Shown here: piece by piece, positions 24,666 to 38,460 of the stretch | How the letters are laid out: every line of letters starts with the position of its first letter | Position numbering within the stretch: position 1 is the first letter of the stretch | Assembly: GCA_038087875.1 (NCBI GenBank) | Contig: CM075991.1 | Location: forward strand, 9,488,001 to 9,552,000 | DNA from: Malacoraja senta | Lineage: Eukaryota | Direction of reading: 5' to 3' | Length of the DNA: 64,000 bases | Translations under genes and position numbers: made by a program | The notes under the pieces: generated by a model | What the model saw: only the letters and a program-made list of their open reading frames with translations | What the model was told of the DNA's origin: nothing | Databases searched by the model: none

Positions 24666-25641
24666 TTAAAATTGGCAATGTGAACATTTTGGATAATCAC
24701 CGTGAGTATTATTCAGGCGAGTCATATTTGAGGTGATTGATGCTGGTTTTCAAGGCAGTTGAAAGGTTGGGACATTTTTATTACTACATTGCAAATTACT
24801 GAAGGAATTAACTGTCATTTGACATTGATATCTCAATCAGGTAACAGATAGTTTACTCAGCAATGGGGAGCAGCAGAGCAGCAAAATAGAATATATTTTC
24901 AATGTAGTTATTCAAATGCGTAATATGTAATGCTACAAGAGGTAAGTGCACACACAAGGTTCACCTTCACTTAAATGGACATTGGGCGAGTTTATGTAAA
25001 GGGAAAATATGATGCAGTGTGGGTTGAAGTTGTACCTGAAAAGATGCCACTAATTAAGACAGTGGGTTAGAAGGATGTTCTTTAGATTCCATGGAATTAG
25101 TAAAGATTAACATTTCTAAATATTAACAAAATGTTTATACTACTTTGAACAGAAGACTACAGCATTTGATATTATAATCTGCAAGTAAAAAGCTGTTTAT
25201 GACAATTTCTCCTCAATTTTTGTAACAGTTCCACAAGCCAACAAATCAATAAAAATACTTAGTATGTACGGGCGCTGAATTAGGCATCATTGTATTAGTG
25301 CCTTTTGAGAATAGTGATTTTTGGGAATAGTGAGAGAGTCATAGAGAGAGAAAGAGAGAAGTAACAGCAATATGGACACTGTATTTGTATGGCTTCAGAG
25401 ACCTTTGAACAAACAAAAACAAACTGACTTTCAGCGCAGTATTAAGAAAGTGCTGCAATGTTAGAGGACTTTTGAATAAGATTTTAAATCAAAATCTTGA
25501 CACCGTTAGGAGTTTCTGTGGAGAAACTCAATTAGGCAGATGAAACTTTAGGAGAATCCATTAGGATGATGAAGAGGAAGCTGGTTTCACTGATAGAGGT
25601 CTAGTGCCTATAGATGGAGTAACTCAACTCAGTTGGCTAAG

Positions 25642-26067
25642 GAAACATAGAAACATAGAAACATAGAAAATAGGTGCAGGAGTAGGCCATTCGGCCCTTC
25701 AAGCCCGCACCGCCATTCAATATGATCATGGCTGATCATCCAACTCAGTATCCCGTACCTGCCTTCTCTCCATACCCCCTGATCCCTTTAGCCACAAGGG
25801 CCACATCTAACTCCCTCTTAAATATAGCCAATGAACTGGCCTCAACTACCTTCTGTGGCAGAGAGTTCCAGAGATTCACCACTCTCTGTGTGAAAAAGTT
25901 TTTCCTTAAAGGATTTCCCCCTTATCCTTAAGCTGTGACCCCTTGTCCTGGACTTCCCCAACATCGGGAACAATCTTCCTGCATCTAGCCTGTCCAACCC
26001 CATAAGAATTTTGTACGTTTCTATAAGATCCCCTCTCAATCTCCTAAATTCTAGCGAGTATAAGCCA
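25642..26067 (-). mobile_element. CR1 LINE 3' fragment
   Basis: [38 protein letters not shown]; (AGAAACAT) tail. Confidence 0.85.
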
Positions 26068-27281
26068 ATGCAAACATTGGTGCGGATCTATTAGGATGAG
26101 GAGGAACAAGCTGGTTTCACTTGCAGAGGCTGTGTACCTAGGGAGTAAGTGTACCTTGATTAGTAAGGGTGTCAGGAGTTATGGGGCAAAGGCAGGAGAA
26201 TGGGGTTGAGAGGGAAAGATGGATCAGCCATGATTGAATGGCAGAGTAGACTTGATGGGCCGAATGGCCTAATTCTGCTCCTGGAACTTAGGAACCCTGA
26301 AGGAGAGCTCAAGGTTTGAAGTGGCCACTTCAAATGTTAACCATCAATGTGTGAAATTGGATTCACCAAATGGGCATGAAAAACAGGATATTTTTCATTA
26401 GGGATATTAATGAGCAGTTGAACTTTTCTGCAATGCAATAGGTTCATGGTCACATTTACCCACCATGGTGCCATTTCCCAGTTTCCAACACCTGAATCCA
26501 GAGATTCATATTGCAGAAGTTTGGAAAATAGCAAGCGTGATATTGTACCTACTGTGATTAAGAGTAAATAGTCACGGACAACACAGGAAAGCTGGGAATT
26601 CTCCACAGGTCAGGCTAGGGTGAGAGAAACAGACTCAATGTTTTAAATTGATGACCTTTCACCAGAGATCAATTTCAGCTATTTGGAGAAACTTACCACT
26701 TAAAAAGAATAGATTATTTTTCAAGTGATGTATTCTTTCTAGTGGGGAAGTGTGCAATTAGTAAATATGAAACACCAATACAGCATCCATTAAATTCTTG
26801 TTTAGGAAGGAACTGTTGATGCTGGTTTACACCAAAGGTAGACACAAAATACTGGAGTAACTCAGCAGGACAGGCAGCATCTCTGGACAGGAGGGGTGGG
26901 TGACGTTTCCGGTCGCCTGTCCAATCCTTTAAGAATGTTATATGTTTCTTTAAGATCCCCTGTCATCCTTCTAAATTCCAGTGAATACAAGCCCAGTCGA
27001 CTCATTCTTTCATGACTCAGTTTGAGAAGGGTCACCCATTCCTTCTATTAAATTCATGTCCTTGTTTTCCTCCAGACTTCACCCCTCTTCCCTTCCTCAC
27101 TTATTATTTCTGTAACCAACATCATCCTTGAGAACATTCTGGAATCTCGACCTTCCCGGTCACTTGTGCGTTCCTGGTTTTAATTATTCCACCTTTGGAA
27201 ACAGTCCTTACTGGAAAGAATGCATCCCCTTTGATGTCTTGTTTTCACACCTTACCTTTCCTTATCTTTGTGTTTCCCTCT

Positions 27282-27700
27282 CATAGAAACATAGAACATA
27301 GAAGCATAGAAAAATAGGTGCACCGCCATTCAATATGATCATCTAACATCAGTACCCTGTTCCTGCTTTATCCCCATATCCCTTAATTCCCTTCGCCCGA
27401 AGAGCTAAATCTAACTCTCTCTTGAAAACATCCAGTGAATTGCCCTCCACTGCCATCTGTGGCAGAGAATTCCACAGATTCACAACTCTCTGGGTGAAAA
27501 CGTTTTTCCTCATCACAGTCCTAAATGGCCTAGCCCTTATTCTTAATCTGTGACTCCTGTCTTCTGGACTCCCCCAACATCAGAAACATTTTTCCTGCAT
27601 CTGGCATGCCAATCCTTTAAGAATGTTATATGTTTCATTAAGATGCCCTCTCATCCTTCTAAATTCCAGTGAGTACAAGCCCAGTCGACTCATTCTTTCA
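27282..27700 (-). mobile_element. CR1 LINE 3' fragment
   Basis: Similar to 2633-2990 with degenerate CATAGAA tail. Confidence 0.8.
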
Positions 27701-28215
27701 TTGAGTTTGAGAAGGGTCTCGACCCGAAACGTCACCTATTCCTTCTATCCAGTGATGCTGCCTGTCCCGCTGAGTTACTCCAGCTTTTTGTGTCTATCTT
27801 CGGTGTAAACCAGCATCTGCAGTTCCTTCCTAAACTAAAAGAGGTGTCGAAATGTGAAAATTCATAGTTGCCAGCGAATGAATTATAAATAATCATAGTG
27901 ATTTTGGTGTTTTCAAGTCATGCATTGCAATAACATCACATTAATCAATTATGATGAGTGGTGCTTATTCAGTTTGCTGCAGGGCTTGGAGAGGCCATTA
28001 ATAAAGATGGATTGTTTTAATTCAGCTGGAACCTACAATAGGAGAGGGTGGAAGAATTAAACAACCAAGAATTTAGACGACCAAAGAGATGGAGACCAAA
28101 ATAAATCAGAGAACGAAAGATCATATGAAGAGTGCCAGTTGTTTACACGAGAGGGAGGCTGGGTAGTCATGGGAGGTTCAAAGGGGAAGTAAAAAAGGAA
28201 TGAGGAGCATGTTAT

Positions 28216-28614
28216 AGATTGAGGGGGGATCTTATAGAAACTTACAAAATTATTTAGGGGTTGGACAGGCTAGATGCAGGAAGATTGTTCCCGATGTTGA
28301 GGAAGTCCAGAACAAGGGGTCACAGTTTAAGGATAAAGGGGAAATCTTTTAGGACTGAGATGAGAAAAACATTTTTTACACAGAGAGTGGTGAATCACTG
28401 GAATTCTCTGCCACAGAATGTAGTTGAGGCCAGTTCATTGGCTATATTTAAGAGGGAGTTAGATGTGGCCCTTGTGGCTAAAAGGATCAGGGGGTATGGA
28501 GAGAAAGCAGGTACAGGATACTGAGTTGGATGATCAGCCATGATCATATTGAATGGCGGTGCTGGCTCGAAGGGCCGAATGGCCTACTCCTGCACCTATT
28601 TTCTATGTTTCTAT
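28216..28614 (+). mobile_element. CR1 LINE 3' fragment
   Basis: [40 protein letters not shown]. Confidence 0.85.
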
Positions 28615-29294
28615 GAGAAGAGTGGTATGGAACGAAATCCAAAATTATTGCAGAGCCATGTATGTGAACGTGAAGAGGGTTGTAAAGATGAGACAGAGCT
28701 GATCAACATGGTCTTGATTGAAACCATGCATTACCAGACTCAGAACCTTTTTTTTAACACAAAGGGTGGTGTGTATATGGAACGAGCTGCCCAAAGAGGA
28801 GGTAGTTGAGGCAAGTACCATTGCAACATTTAAAAACCATTTAAACAGGTATATGGATAGGATAGGTTTAGAGGGATATGGGCCTAACACAGGAAGGTGG
28901 AACTAGTGCAGGTGGGACATTTTGGTCGGTGTGGGCAATTTGGGCCTGTTTCCATGCTGTACGACACTTGATGTATCAGGCTTCTGAATGGACTTTTCAT
29001 AAGATAGGGTACAGTTCGATTCATCTCTACCCCAGTGAAGTCACTGTACTTTGTCTAAGGAACTGATGCTCGACAATGAGGGAAACTATATTCTGCACTC
29101 TGCATCTTCCCCTTTGCTCTATCTGTTGTACTTGAGTCTGAACTGAATGTATCTACGCGTGGTCTATCTTATGCGTTTGGATAGTGTGCAAAACAAAGAT
29201 TTTCACCGTACCTCAGTCCAGGTGACAATATTATACCAAGACTTAAATCTGTGCAGCAAGGGACTGCAAGATAACCGGAAACCAGGTCCTGCTG

Positions 29295-29805
29295 CATGTA
29301 CTCATGTACATATCCACATATGTACACACACACTCATGCACACACTCACGTGTATACAGACGTATGTACATATACACATGTAGGTACACACATGTGTACA
29401 CACATGTACATATACACACACACACGTAAATACACACACACATAAATACACACACAAGTACACACTCATGCACACACTCACATGCGTATGCAGACGTACG
29501 TACACACACACGTACACACTCATGCACACACTCTCGCCTATACAGACGTATGTACATACACACATGTGGATACACACATGTGTACACACACACACATGTA
29601 CATACACACACACACACGTAAATACACACACACGTACACACTCATGCACACACTCACATGCATATGCAGACGTATCTACACACACACGTATATGTACACA
29701 TGTGTACGTACACACACACATGCACACACACGTACGCAGACACACACGTACATACACACACATGTACGTACGGACGTGCACTAACGTACACTCACACATA
29801 CACAC
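29295..29805. repeat. Degenerate (CA/TA/CG) alternating repeat with higher-order units
   Basis: Recurring acacactcatgcacacactc..cagacgta blocks. Confidence 0.9.
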
Positions 29806-30669
29806 TTCCCCTTTTTCTGAATCACTTCAGTGTCCATTCCTTCTCCAATCCCCCCTCCAGCTCATATACCCACTCCCTCTCTGTCTCTCTCCCTCTCTCT
29901 CACACCCTGCCACCTCTCCTGCAAAGGCTCAGGCCAAAATCCTCCAAATATATGTAAAGATTCAGAGTTGGTGCTTGTGGACTGAAATAAATTTGAGTGT
30001 TGCATCCTTGTTAAGAAAGTCAGCAATATCCAGCCATATTGATGTTGACGGTAGAATATTTGCAGAGATAGATTCGCTGTCTGTTGGACATTCTTTCTCG
30101 ACAAAATGTCAGAGGGCTGATGAGGAAAGTGTGGGTCATGTACACATGGTATTTTAAAAGGCACTTGATGAGATGCAGCATAATGGGCCTGTCATCTAGA
30201 ATAGAAGTTGCAGGCTGGATCAAAAGTGGGCCTTGTAACACGAAACAGAGCAGTGGAGAGATGCTGTTTAGTTTAGTGATACGGAAGGGAAACAGGCCCT
30301 TCGGCCCATCGAGTCCAGGCCAATCACAGAAGGAATGACTGTGCAAGATTGTGGGAAAGTAGCGGGTCACAGAATAATGGATTCATACAAAGCAAGATTG
30401 TCAATGTCCTATCTGGGACACATGACAATAAACTCTCTTGACTTGAGTTGACTTCATACAGTATTGCAGCATGGAAATCGTTCACCAAATTACATTAATC
30501 CCATTAGAGACCCTCGGACTGTCCGATTAAAGGAATTTATCTTGCACTAAACGTTATTCCCTTGATCCCGTATCTGTACACTGTGGATGGCTCAATTGTA
30601 ATCATGTATGGTCTTTCCACTGACTGGTTAACACACAACAAAAGCTTTTCACTGTACCTGGTTAATCAG

Positions 30670-30950
30670 CATGGTTAAGACAGCAAAGTCCAATCAAGGA
30701 TAGTCCAGGGGTCACCAATGAGGTAGATAGTAGTTCAGCACCACTCTCTGGTTGTGGTAGGATCCTACAGTTGCCTGATAACAGCTGGGAAGAAACTGTC
30801 CCTGAATCTGGAGGTGTGCGTTTTCACACTTCTGTACGTTTTGCTTGATGGGAGAGGGGAGAAGAGGGAGTGGCCAGGGTGCGACTCGTCCTTGATTATG
30901 CTGCTGGCCTTGCCGAGGCAGCGTGAGGTGTAAATGGAGTCAATGGAAGG
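30670..30950 (-). mobile_element. Rex1/Babar-like LINE fragment
   Basis: SRCLGKASSIIKDESHPGHSLFSPLPS..TSRFRDSFFPAVIRQL. Confidence 0.7.
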
Positions 30951-33443
30951 GAATTCAACGCAAATTCTGACTAAATGCACTCAGTTTTTAAGAACACAAT
31001 TTCAATATTATATTATTGCGTTTCGGGTCGAGACCCTTCTTCAGACTGGTGTCCAAATATGCTGCCTGTCCCGCTGAGTTACTCCAGCTTTTTGTGATGA
31101 CCTAATGTTCAACCTGAGTATTAATGATGTGAAACTTGCCCTTCATGTCCGACTGTGAAAACTAAATGAATGAGGCAGCCTTGCATGGATATGTTCAATG
31201 GGAAATGTTGCCCATAACATCTCTGCATAACAAGTAACAGTGATGGATGTCCTGACAGACAGAGATTTAATCCCAATCATTAATAACCTGGAATTATCTG
31301 TTTTTGCTTGAATGAAAATGTTTTTCCTCTTGACTGGTTTTTAATTAAGTTTCAACTCAACACACTGGTTCGTGGGCCGTGAGTGGAATTCACAAAAGAT
31401 CGTTTACCTGTTGCTTTTGCGCTTAAGTTAAAGTGACATTTATTTAGTTGTAGTATTGTAGTGGGCCACCATTTTACATGTATTTCGGGTCGAGACCCTT
31501 CATCAGACTGGTGAAACGTCACCCATTCCTTCTCTCCAGAGATGCTGCCTGTCCCGCTGAGTTACTCCAGCTTTTTATGTCTAATAAGTTGTTCTAACAG
31601 TCTTTCGTGATTGACTAATAAAAATAAGAGAAAGACTGCTGATACAAATCACAGCCTCACTCCAGTCCTCATGTCGGGATTCAACCTAAAATATTAAAAT
31701 GAAAAATATTGAAATGTATTTTTGCTTCCATAGATGCAGCTTGAACTATCGAGTTCTTCCTTTTTATGATGAATCAATAACTTATTGGATAAAAACATTT
31801 TGCTTCCACAGATGCTGCTTGACCTATTGAGTTCTTCCTTATTTTTGTAATGGACCAATGATTCCTTAGACCATGAGCAAAACGCAAAGTGCTGGAAGAA
31901 TTCAGCAGGTCAGGCATCATCTGTGGAAGGAATCCCTGCCCCAGATGCCGCCTGGCCCGCCGAGTTCCTCCAGCACTTTGCAATTTGCTCAAGATTCCCG
32001 TATCTGCAGTTCCTTGTGCCTAGATCATTTCAGACTGTGAGAGAGGTACAGAGCTAGTGTTTTCAGGTAAATAAATTGTCATCAAAATGACCGTTGCGTT
32101 GCACTGAAATAGTAACACTGATTCTTTCTCCGCAGACTCTGCGGAGGCTTTTCAATGTTTTAAGTTTTGCATTTATTTCTCTATTCATCTTGCTGTGCAC
32201 AAAGTGCAGTTTAATTTTACAGATGGCATTAATAAGCAAATAAAAGCTCTCACTTTTGAGAAGACAACATTCTTCCACATGGTTAATGTGCTCCCTTTGT
32301 ACCTCATAAAGAATTGCAGGGAACATCAGTTAATGGCCTTGCAGAAGGCATGGAAATAGCAGCCGATGATGACAATATCCAGTGATGACAATGGACAGGA
32401 AATTTATCTTTGAACAAAGATCCTTAATAGCCGCGATGAACTAAACTGTGTGCATTGAAGTCATTTGCAGGGATAATTGACAATAAAACATAGTGGTTTA
32501 CAAGGCTAATCTGATCTGGCAGGCAGCAAGCAAGATTTATTGAAATATAAGCAAGAAATGAAAGGGTTGTGTAATTATTTCCCGAAGTATCCAGGGCTAT
32601 ATTGAACTATTAATTTCATGACCATCTAGGATGGATTTCATGAATGTTTCAGAGGAGAATAGTTCCACGTCCCATGATGGCTTTAAAGTAATTCCTTTCA
32701 CTCTAACAAGGTTGTAGGAAAAGCAGAACAATCCGCTCGAAATTAGCTCATTCTTTGGATCGTGAAGGGTTAAATGAATGCAAGAATGAATTATGAATTA
32801 ACATAAAATTGGGGTAGATTGATCTCCATTGGAAGCATGCAGAGTAGGTAGATCGTGACATGAGGGTACTATCAGGAATGTCAAAGATGGACATAAAATG
32901 CTGGAGTCACTCAGCGGGTCAGGCAGAAGAACAAGGATAGGCAACGTTTCGGTTCAGGTCCATTCGTGGTCCTGACCCAACTGATTGTGGGGTAGGGGAA
33001 AGAAATCTGGAAGAAAGGATGAGCACGACAAAGGCAGTTAATGGGTGGAAAATAGGACAACAAGAATGGAAGATATGCAAGGAGTTCCCATATTAACAAG
33101 GATGGAAGATCAGGGCAGCACAGTAGCGCAGCGGTAGAGTTTCTGCCTTACAGCGCAGTGACCTAGGGTTTGATCCTGACTATAGATGTTGTCTACGGAG
33201 TTTGTACGTTCTCCCTGTGACTGTGTGTTTTTTTTTAATTAACACTGTCCTACACACATTAGGACCATTTTTTACATTTACCAATCCAATTTACCTACAC
33301 ATCTGTACGTCGTTGAAGTGTGGGAGGAAACTGAAGATCTCGGAGAAAACCCACGCAGGTCACAGGGAGAACATACAAACTCCATACGGACAGCAGCCGC
33401 AGTCAGGATCGAACCCAGGTCTCTGGTGCTGCAAGCGCTGTAA

Positions 33444-33909
33444 AGGGCCTGTCCCACGAGCATGCGACTGCATGCGGCAAGGTCGACCAAACCGGAAGCG
33501 GGGTCCGTGCGGGGGCCGCGCGGAGGTCGAGTGATCCCCGTACAGGGCCTGTCCCACCAGCATGCGACTGCATGCGGCGAGCGCGACTAAACCGGAAGCG
33601 GGGGCCGCGCGGAGGTTGAGTGAGTGACGTGAAGTTCGAGCGAAGTCCGCGGGAAGTTTGCGCGTGACGTACGGCGTCGAGACGCTGCGTACGGCGTCGT
33701 GGTGGCTGCGGGCTGGCCGGCCGTTGCCGCGCGGAATTTTTGAACAGTGTCAGTTTTTCGGAGCCCCGCGCGATGTCGGGACCAGCTCCGCACAACTCCA
33801 TACGGCTCCGGCGATCGAAGTGGGACCGGCCCCGCGAGGCCGTACGGCTCAAGCGACCACGTTAGGTCACGCTTGCCGCATGCAGTCGCATGCTCGTGGG
33901 ACAGGCCCT
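33444..33909. mobile_element. PIF/Harbinger-type MITE
   Basis: 38-bp perfect TIR AGGGCCTGTCCCACGAGCATGCGACTGCATGCGGCAAG; TAA TSD; interrupts a SINE at gcgctg-TAA-ggcagc. Confidence 0.85.
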
Positions 33910-33944
33910 TAAGGCAGCAACTCTACCGCTGTGCTACTGAGGGG

Positions 33945-34330
33945 GGGGGGGGGGGGTTGATAGGCAGATGGTTGGAGAAAGGCCAGAGATGAAAAGACTA
34001 AAGGTGTGAGATAAGGATCGATGAGGTGCTAATTGTTCAGCCGAAGAAAGGAATGTAGGTGGAAGGGGAAGGGGAGAAATGGGTGCAAGTTCAGGTGGGG
34101 CACAGGGAAGGGGATTGGGGAAAGAAGCGAGGTGGAGGGTTGGTTGTAGGTTGGTTAACAAAAATTGGAGAATTCCATATTCATACCGTTAGGTTGTAAG
34201 CAACCCAAGCAAAATATGAGGTGCTGTGTGTGGCTTCACTCTGGCAATGGAGGAGGCCCACGACAGTGTGGGAATGGGAAGAGGAGTTAAAATGGTTCAA
34301 AACTGGGACATCCAACAGTCCTTGGCAGCA
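33945..34330 (-). mobile_element. Degenerate Penelope-like element 3' fragment
   Basis: Similar to the PLE endonuclease-end DNA of other copies (ttggagaattc..cccaagc..aatatgaggtgc..gcaatggaggaggccca..gggaatgggaag..gagttaaa). Confidence 0.6.
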
Positions 34331-34523
34331 AAAGAGATCAATTGAAGATATACAAATTCAGTAGACACAAAATGTCAGCCAGATAGAACTTGGAAGAAGG
34401 CAGAGATATCAGAGGGTTAGAGGGCTGGAGGGGACTACAGTGCTGGGGCACGACTAACCCAGAGAAATACAGAACATATAGATGAAGTGTATGGAAAGTA
34501 AGGACCAAAAGCAGCAACAGTAA

Positions 34524-34750
34524 AGGGCCTGTCCCACTTTCACGACCTAATTCACGACCTCTGCCGAGTTTGCCCTTGACTCATACTCACAGCATGGTCG
34601 TCACGAGGTCGTAGGTAGGTGGTAGCAGGCCGTGATTCTAGTCCTAGGTACTCGTGGCATCAAGTAGGTCGGGGCGTTTTTTCTAGCCTGATGAAAAATG
34701 TCCAGAGTAAAAAAGGTCGTGAATTAGGTGGTGAAAGTGGGACAGGCCCT
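34524..34750. mobile_element. PIF/Harbinger-type MITE
   Basis: TIR AGGGCCTGTCCCACTTTCAC(G/C)ACCTAATTCACGACC; flanks TAA / TTA. Confidence 0.8.
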
Positions 34751-35402
34751 TTAGTGAGCAGGAGCCAATACAACAGGTGTTTTGGTCGAAAATGTGTGTA
34801 CCTGGGATTCTATGGTTCAGAGACCATTTTAATCCACCTCAGTAAATCCTTTCTTTACCATTGAGTCACTGAAGCATGCAATAGTTCAATCCTGTCTGCT
34901 CAATGTAGATGAAAATTCTGATTTGTCCGCCTTATTTTCCAGTAAAACTGAACAATTGACACCTTCCACGGATGTCACTTTCCCTTGAAATGAGGTAATA
35001 GGTATTTAGCTTCACCACAACCTTTCTGCATGGTATTCTGTCAAATTAATTCTGCAAGTTGTTATTTCTTCCTCAATTCAGTGGCAGGTGTGATTAAGAC
35101 TGTCTCCTTGGTAAAAGCCATTGCGCATTTAATTGGAACAGTAGAGCATGCCCTTTCATAGTCATCTACATGGAGCAGTGCAGTTTCATGCCTCTCACAT
35201 CTATCAGGGAACAAAGGAAATTTAAACTAATCAAAACTAATCTCCATGAGTGACATGCAAAGCTGATTGTTAATGGAAACTAACCACAAAAGGATAAGTG
35301 TACTTATTATATTTCTCTGAAACCCAGACTTGGAAGGATTCGCACACAAAGTAATTTATTTCACATTAACTCAGTTAAAATAAAATCAATGCCAATCTAT
35401 GC

Positions 35403-35702
35403 TTAGTTCAGAGATGCAGTGCGAAAATAGGCCCTTCGGCCCATCGAATCCGCGCCGACCAGCGATCCCCTAACACTATACAATCCAACACACACTTGGG
35501 ACAATTTACAATATCTGCTGAAGAATTAATCTGCAAACCTGTACGTCTTTGGAGTGTGGGAGGAAACCAGAGCACCCACAGATAACCCACGCGGTCACAG
35601 GGAGAATGTACAAGCTCCGTACAGACAGCACCAGTCGTCAGGATCGGACGTGGGTCTCTGGCGCTGTAAGGCAGCGACTCTAATGCTGCACCACCGTGCC
35701 AG
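35403..35702 (-). mobile_element. tRNA-derived SINE (HE1-like)
   Basis: Consensus match. Confidence 0.85.
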
Positions 35703-37078
35703 CCCTCATCAATCAGCAAAGTCACAAAATTCTGGAGTAACCCTGCGGGTCAGGCAGCATCTCTGGAGAAGATCGAAATGCTCCGCAGATGCTGCCTGAC
35801 CTGCTGAGTTCCTCCAGCGCTTTGTGTTTTGCCCTTGATTTAACCTTGCATTTATCAGACTGCCCTGCCTACAGCAGGGAACTCCCTCAGCACTGCATTA
35901 GAGCATCAACTTAGATGTTTGTAGATGAGTCACTAGAGTGGGAACTTGAATTCACCGGCCTTTATTGCAGGGACAACATTCTACCCAATGAGCCACAATT
36001 GCCACAAGGAATGCTACAAAGTGCAGCAATGTATTGGCAAGGCAAAGCAGGGTTAGCACTATGAGTCAGCAAAGGTTTCTCGGTTTCGATGGATTTCACA
36101 TCGAGCAAAAATTTTACTGATTCAGATAGTCCCTTGCAATTCCAACCAAATAATTGGCAGTCACGGATGTTTACCAAGTACTATGTCCTTATACAAGCCT
36201 GTAATGCATTTTTATAGTCATATTGTTTTACATTTATCATCTTGAAATACCATTTTTGTTTTAAAGTCAATTCAGAACATTGAAAAAAAGAAAAACATGT
36301 CCTTTCTACACAACATGGTCAACATGGTCCAGTGAATATAATACACAACAGGACCCCATACATCTTTATTTATTTGTCCAAAGTACCTTGAAAACACAAT
36401 GAATTACTAAATACACACTGTTCCTCAGTTATCACTCCAGCCTGCATTCCCACTCAGAGACTGACTGTGAACCTTAATAGGTAACCTGAGAGGATTCGAT
36501 AAACACATTCAAAACCACTCATTTTAAACTCAGTGGAGCCTTTCTGAATTCGTACTTTTCCAAAATGTTTGTGAAGAAAGTTACTTCGTCCATAACTTTG
36601 CCTGGTTCTAATGGAAGAGAAGTTCAATTTTGAACCTTATTTCTCTCTCACAAATGCTGCCTGACCTGCTGAGTATTTCCATTATGTAATTTGCTTTTTT
36701 TTTAAATGCCATTTCCAGCGTTTATTCCGACGGGAGAACTTGAGGGAAGACATTCTCCGTGCATCCCGACCTCTGAACATTATACACAGAACCTCCCACC
36801 CAACCAAATCTCCACCCTTCACTTCCTTTATCTCGGGTTGTCTTCTTGCAAGATAGTCCATTTGTGCATTGATGTAGATTGTACAAACAGATGCAATATC
36901 GCCAGGTGGCCAGTGCCATCTTCTTCCCTGCCGTGTGCTGGGGCATCAGGGCGAAGGTTGCGGAAGTTTTTCATTATCTCTTGATACACGACAATGATAA
37001 ACCAACACCTTTTTTTTCATCTCTCTGTCCCAATTGTGATGAAGGGTCTCAGACCTGAAACAATAATTGTTTCCCTCT

Positions 37079-37570
37079 CAATAGACAATAGACAATAGAC
37101 AATAGGTGCAGGAGTAGGCCATTCGGCCCTTCGCGCCATTCAATGTAATCATGGCTGATCATCACCAAATCAGTACCCCGTTCCTGCCTTCTCCCCATAT
37201 CCCTTGACTCCGCTATCTTTAAGAGCCCTATCAAGCTCTCTCTTGAAAGCATCCAGAGAACCTGCCTCCACCACCCTCTGAGGCAGAGAATTCCACAGAC
37301 TCACCACTCTCTGTGAGAAAAAGTCTTTCCTCGTCTCTGTTCTAAATGGCTTACTCCTTATTTTTAAACTGTGGCCCCTGGTTCTGGACTCCCCCAACAT
37401 CGGGAACATGTTTCCTGCCTCTAGCGTGTCCAAGCCCTTAACAATCTTATATGTTTCAATGAGATCTCCTCTCATCCTTCTAAACTCCAGAGTGTACAAG
37501 CCCAGCCGGGCTTGTACACTCTGGAGTTTAGAAGGATGAGGGGAGATCTCATTGAAACATATAAGATTGT
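37079..37570 (-). mobile_element. CR1 LINE 3' fragment with 5' snap-back inversion
   Basis: LGLYTLEFRRMRGDLIETYKI..WNSLPQR; 63-bp hairpin at the 5' end. Confidence 0.9.
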
Positions 37571-38129
37571 ACAGATGCCGACTGACTTGCAGAGTGTTTT
37601 CCAGCATTTACTGTGTATTTTAATTTCAGATTTGCGGTTTGTGATTCCCAATTACAGAAGACAATTTTCCCCTTTCAATTACCTCTTGAAAAATATCCAA
37701 ATCCCTCTTCCGTTCCAAAGAGAGTAGAACATTGCTTTCTCAGTTAGTTGTGACCTTTGGCCAGAAGCTTATTAAATTTAGCAACAACAATTTTGACATT
37801 TATCCAGCACTCTGTGTTTTGAATCGTGCAGTTAGATATTTATCATTATTAAATAAAATTTGCTGATGTGCAAGTTCTCTATTCCAGCTTTTTCCACCCC
37901 CCTCCTCCCTCCCCCTCTCCCTCCCCCTCCATCAGTGAAGATGGGTCCCAACCACAAAAAGGCATTGATGTGCAGCGAGGTCTTGGTGCCCAAATTCTTG
38001 GTTCACTGAAGGTGGCAGCACAAGTGGATAGGGTGGTAAAGAAGGCATATGGTATGCTTGCCTTCATTGCTAGGGGCATTGAATACAAGAGTCAGGAAGT
38101 CACGATGCAGCTCCATTGGACTCTAGTTA

Positions 38130-38460
38130 TGGCCCTGTCCCACTGTACGAGTTCATTCAAGTGCTCTCCCGAGTTTAAAAAAAAAAATCAAGCTCGTGGT
38201 AAGCACGTAGAATGAACGTAGTGGGTACGTCGGAGCTCGGGGACGTCTCTTAGCGGCTCGTAACGCTAACGGCAGGTACTCGGGAAGACTCGCTAACGGT
38301 TGGAAACTCGGGAAGACTCGTGAAGGTTTTTCAACATGTTGAAAAATGTCCACGAGGGCCCCGAGTACTTACGAGCGGCCATTACCGTAAATCTCCGTGT
38401 TCGAATCAGGGCAAACTCGGGGAGAACTCTTGAATGAAGTCGTACAGTGGGACAGGGCTT
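38130..38460. mobile_element. PIF/Harbinger-type MITE inserted in a CR1 ORF2 fragment
   Basis: TIR GCCCTGTCCCACTGTACGA.TTCATTCAAG; same family as 44088-44405. Confidence 0.8.

Noticed and set aside
29243..30157. ORFs up to 229 aa
   Set aside because: Same artefact from a degenerate CA/TA repeat.
37170..37607. Functional retrotransposon gene
   Set aside because: All LINE and PLE ORFs in the window are short truncated fragments with no complete RT.
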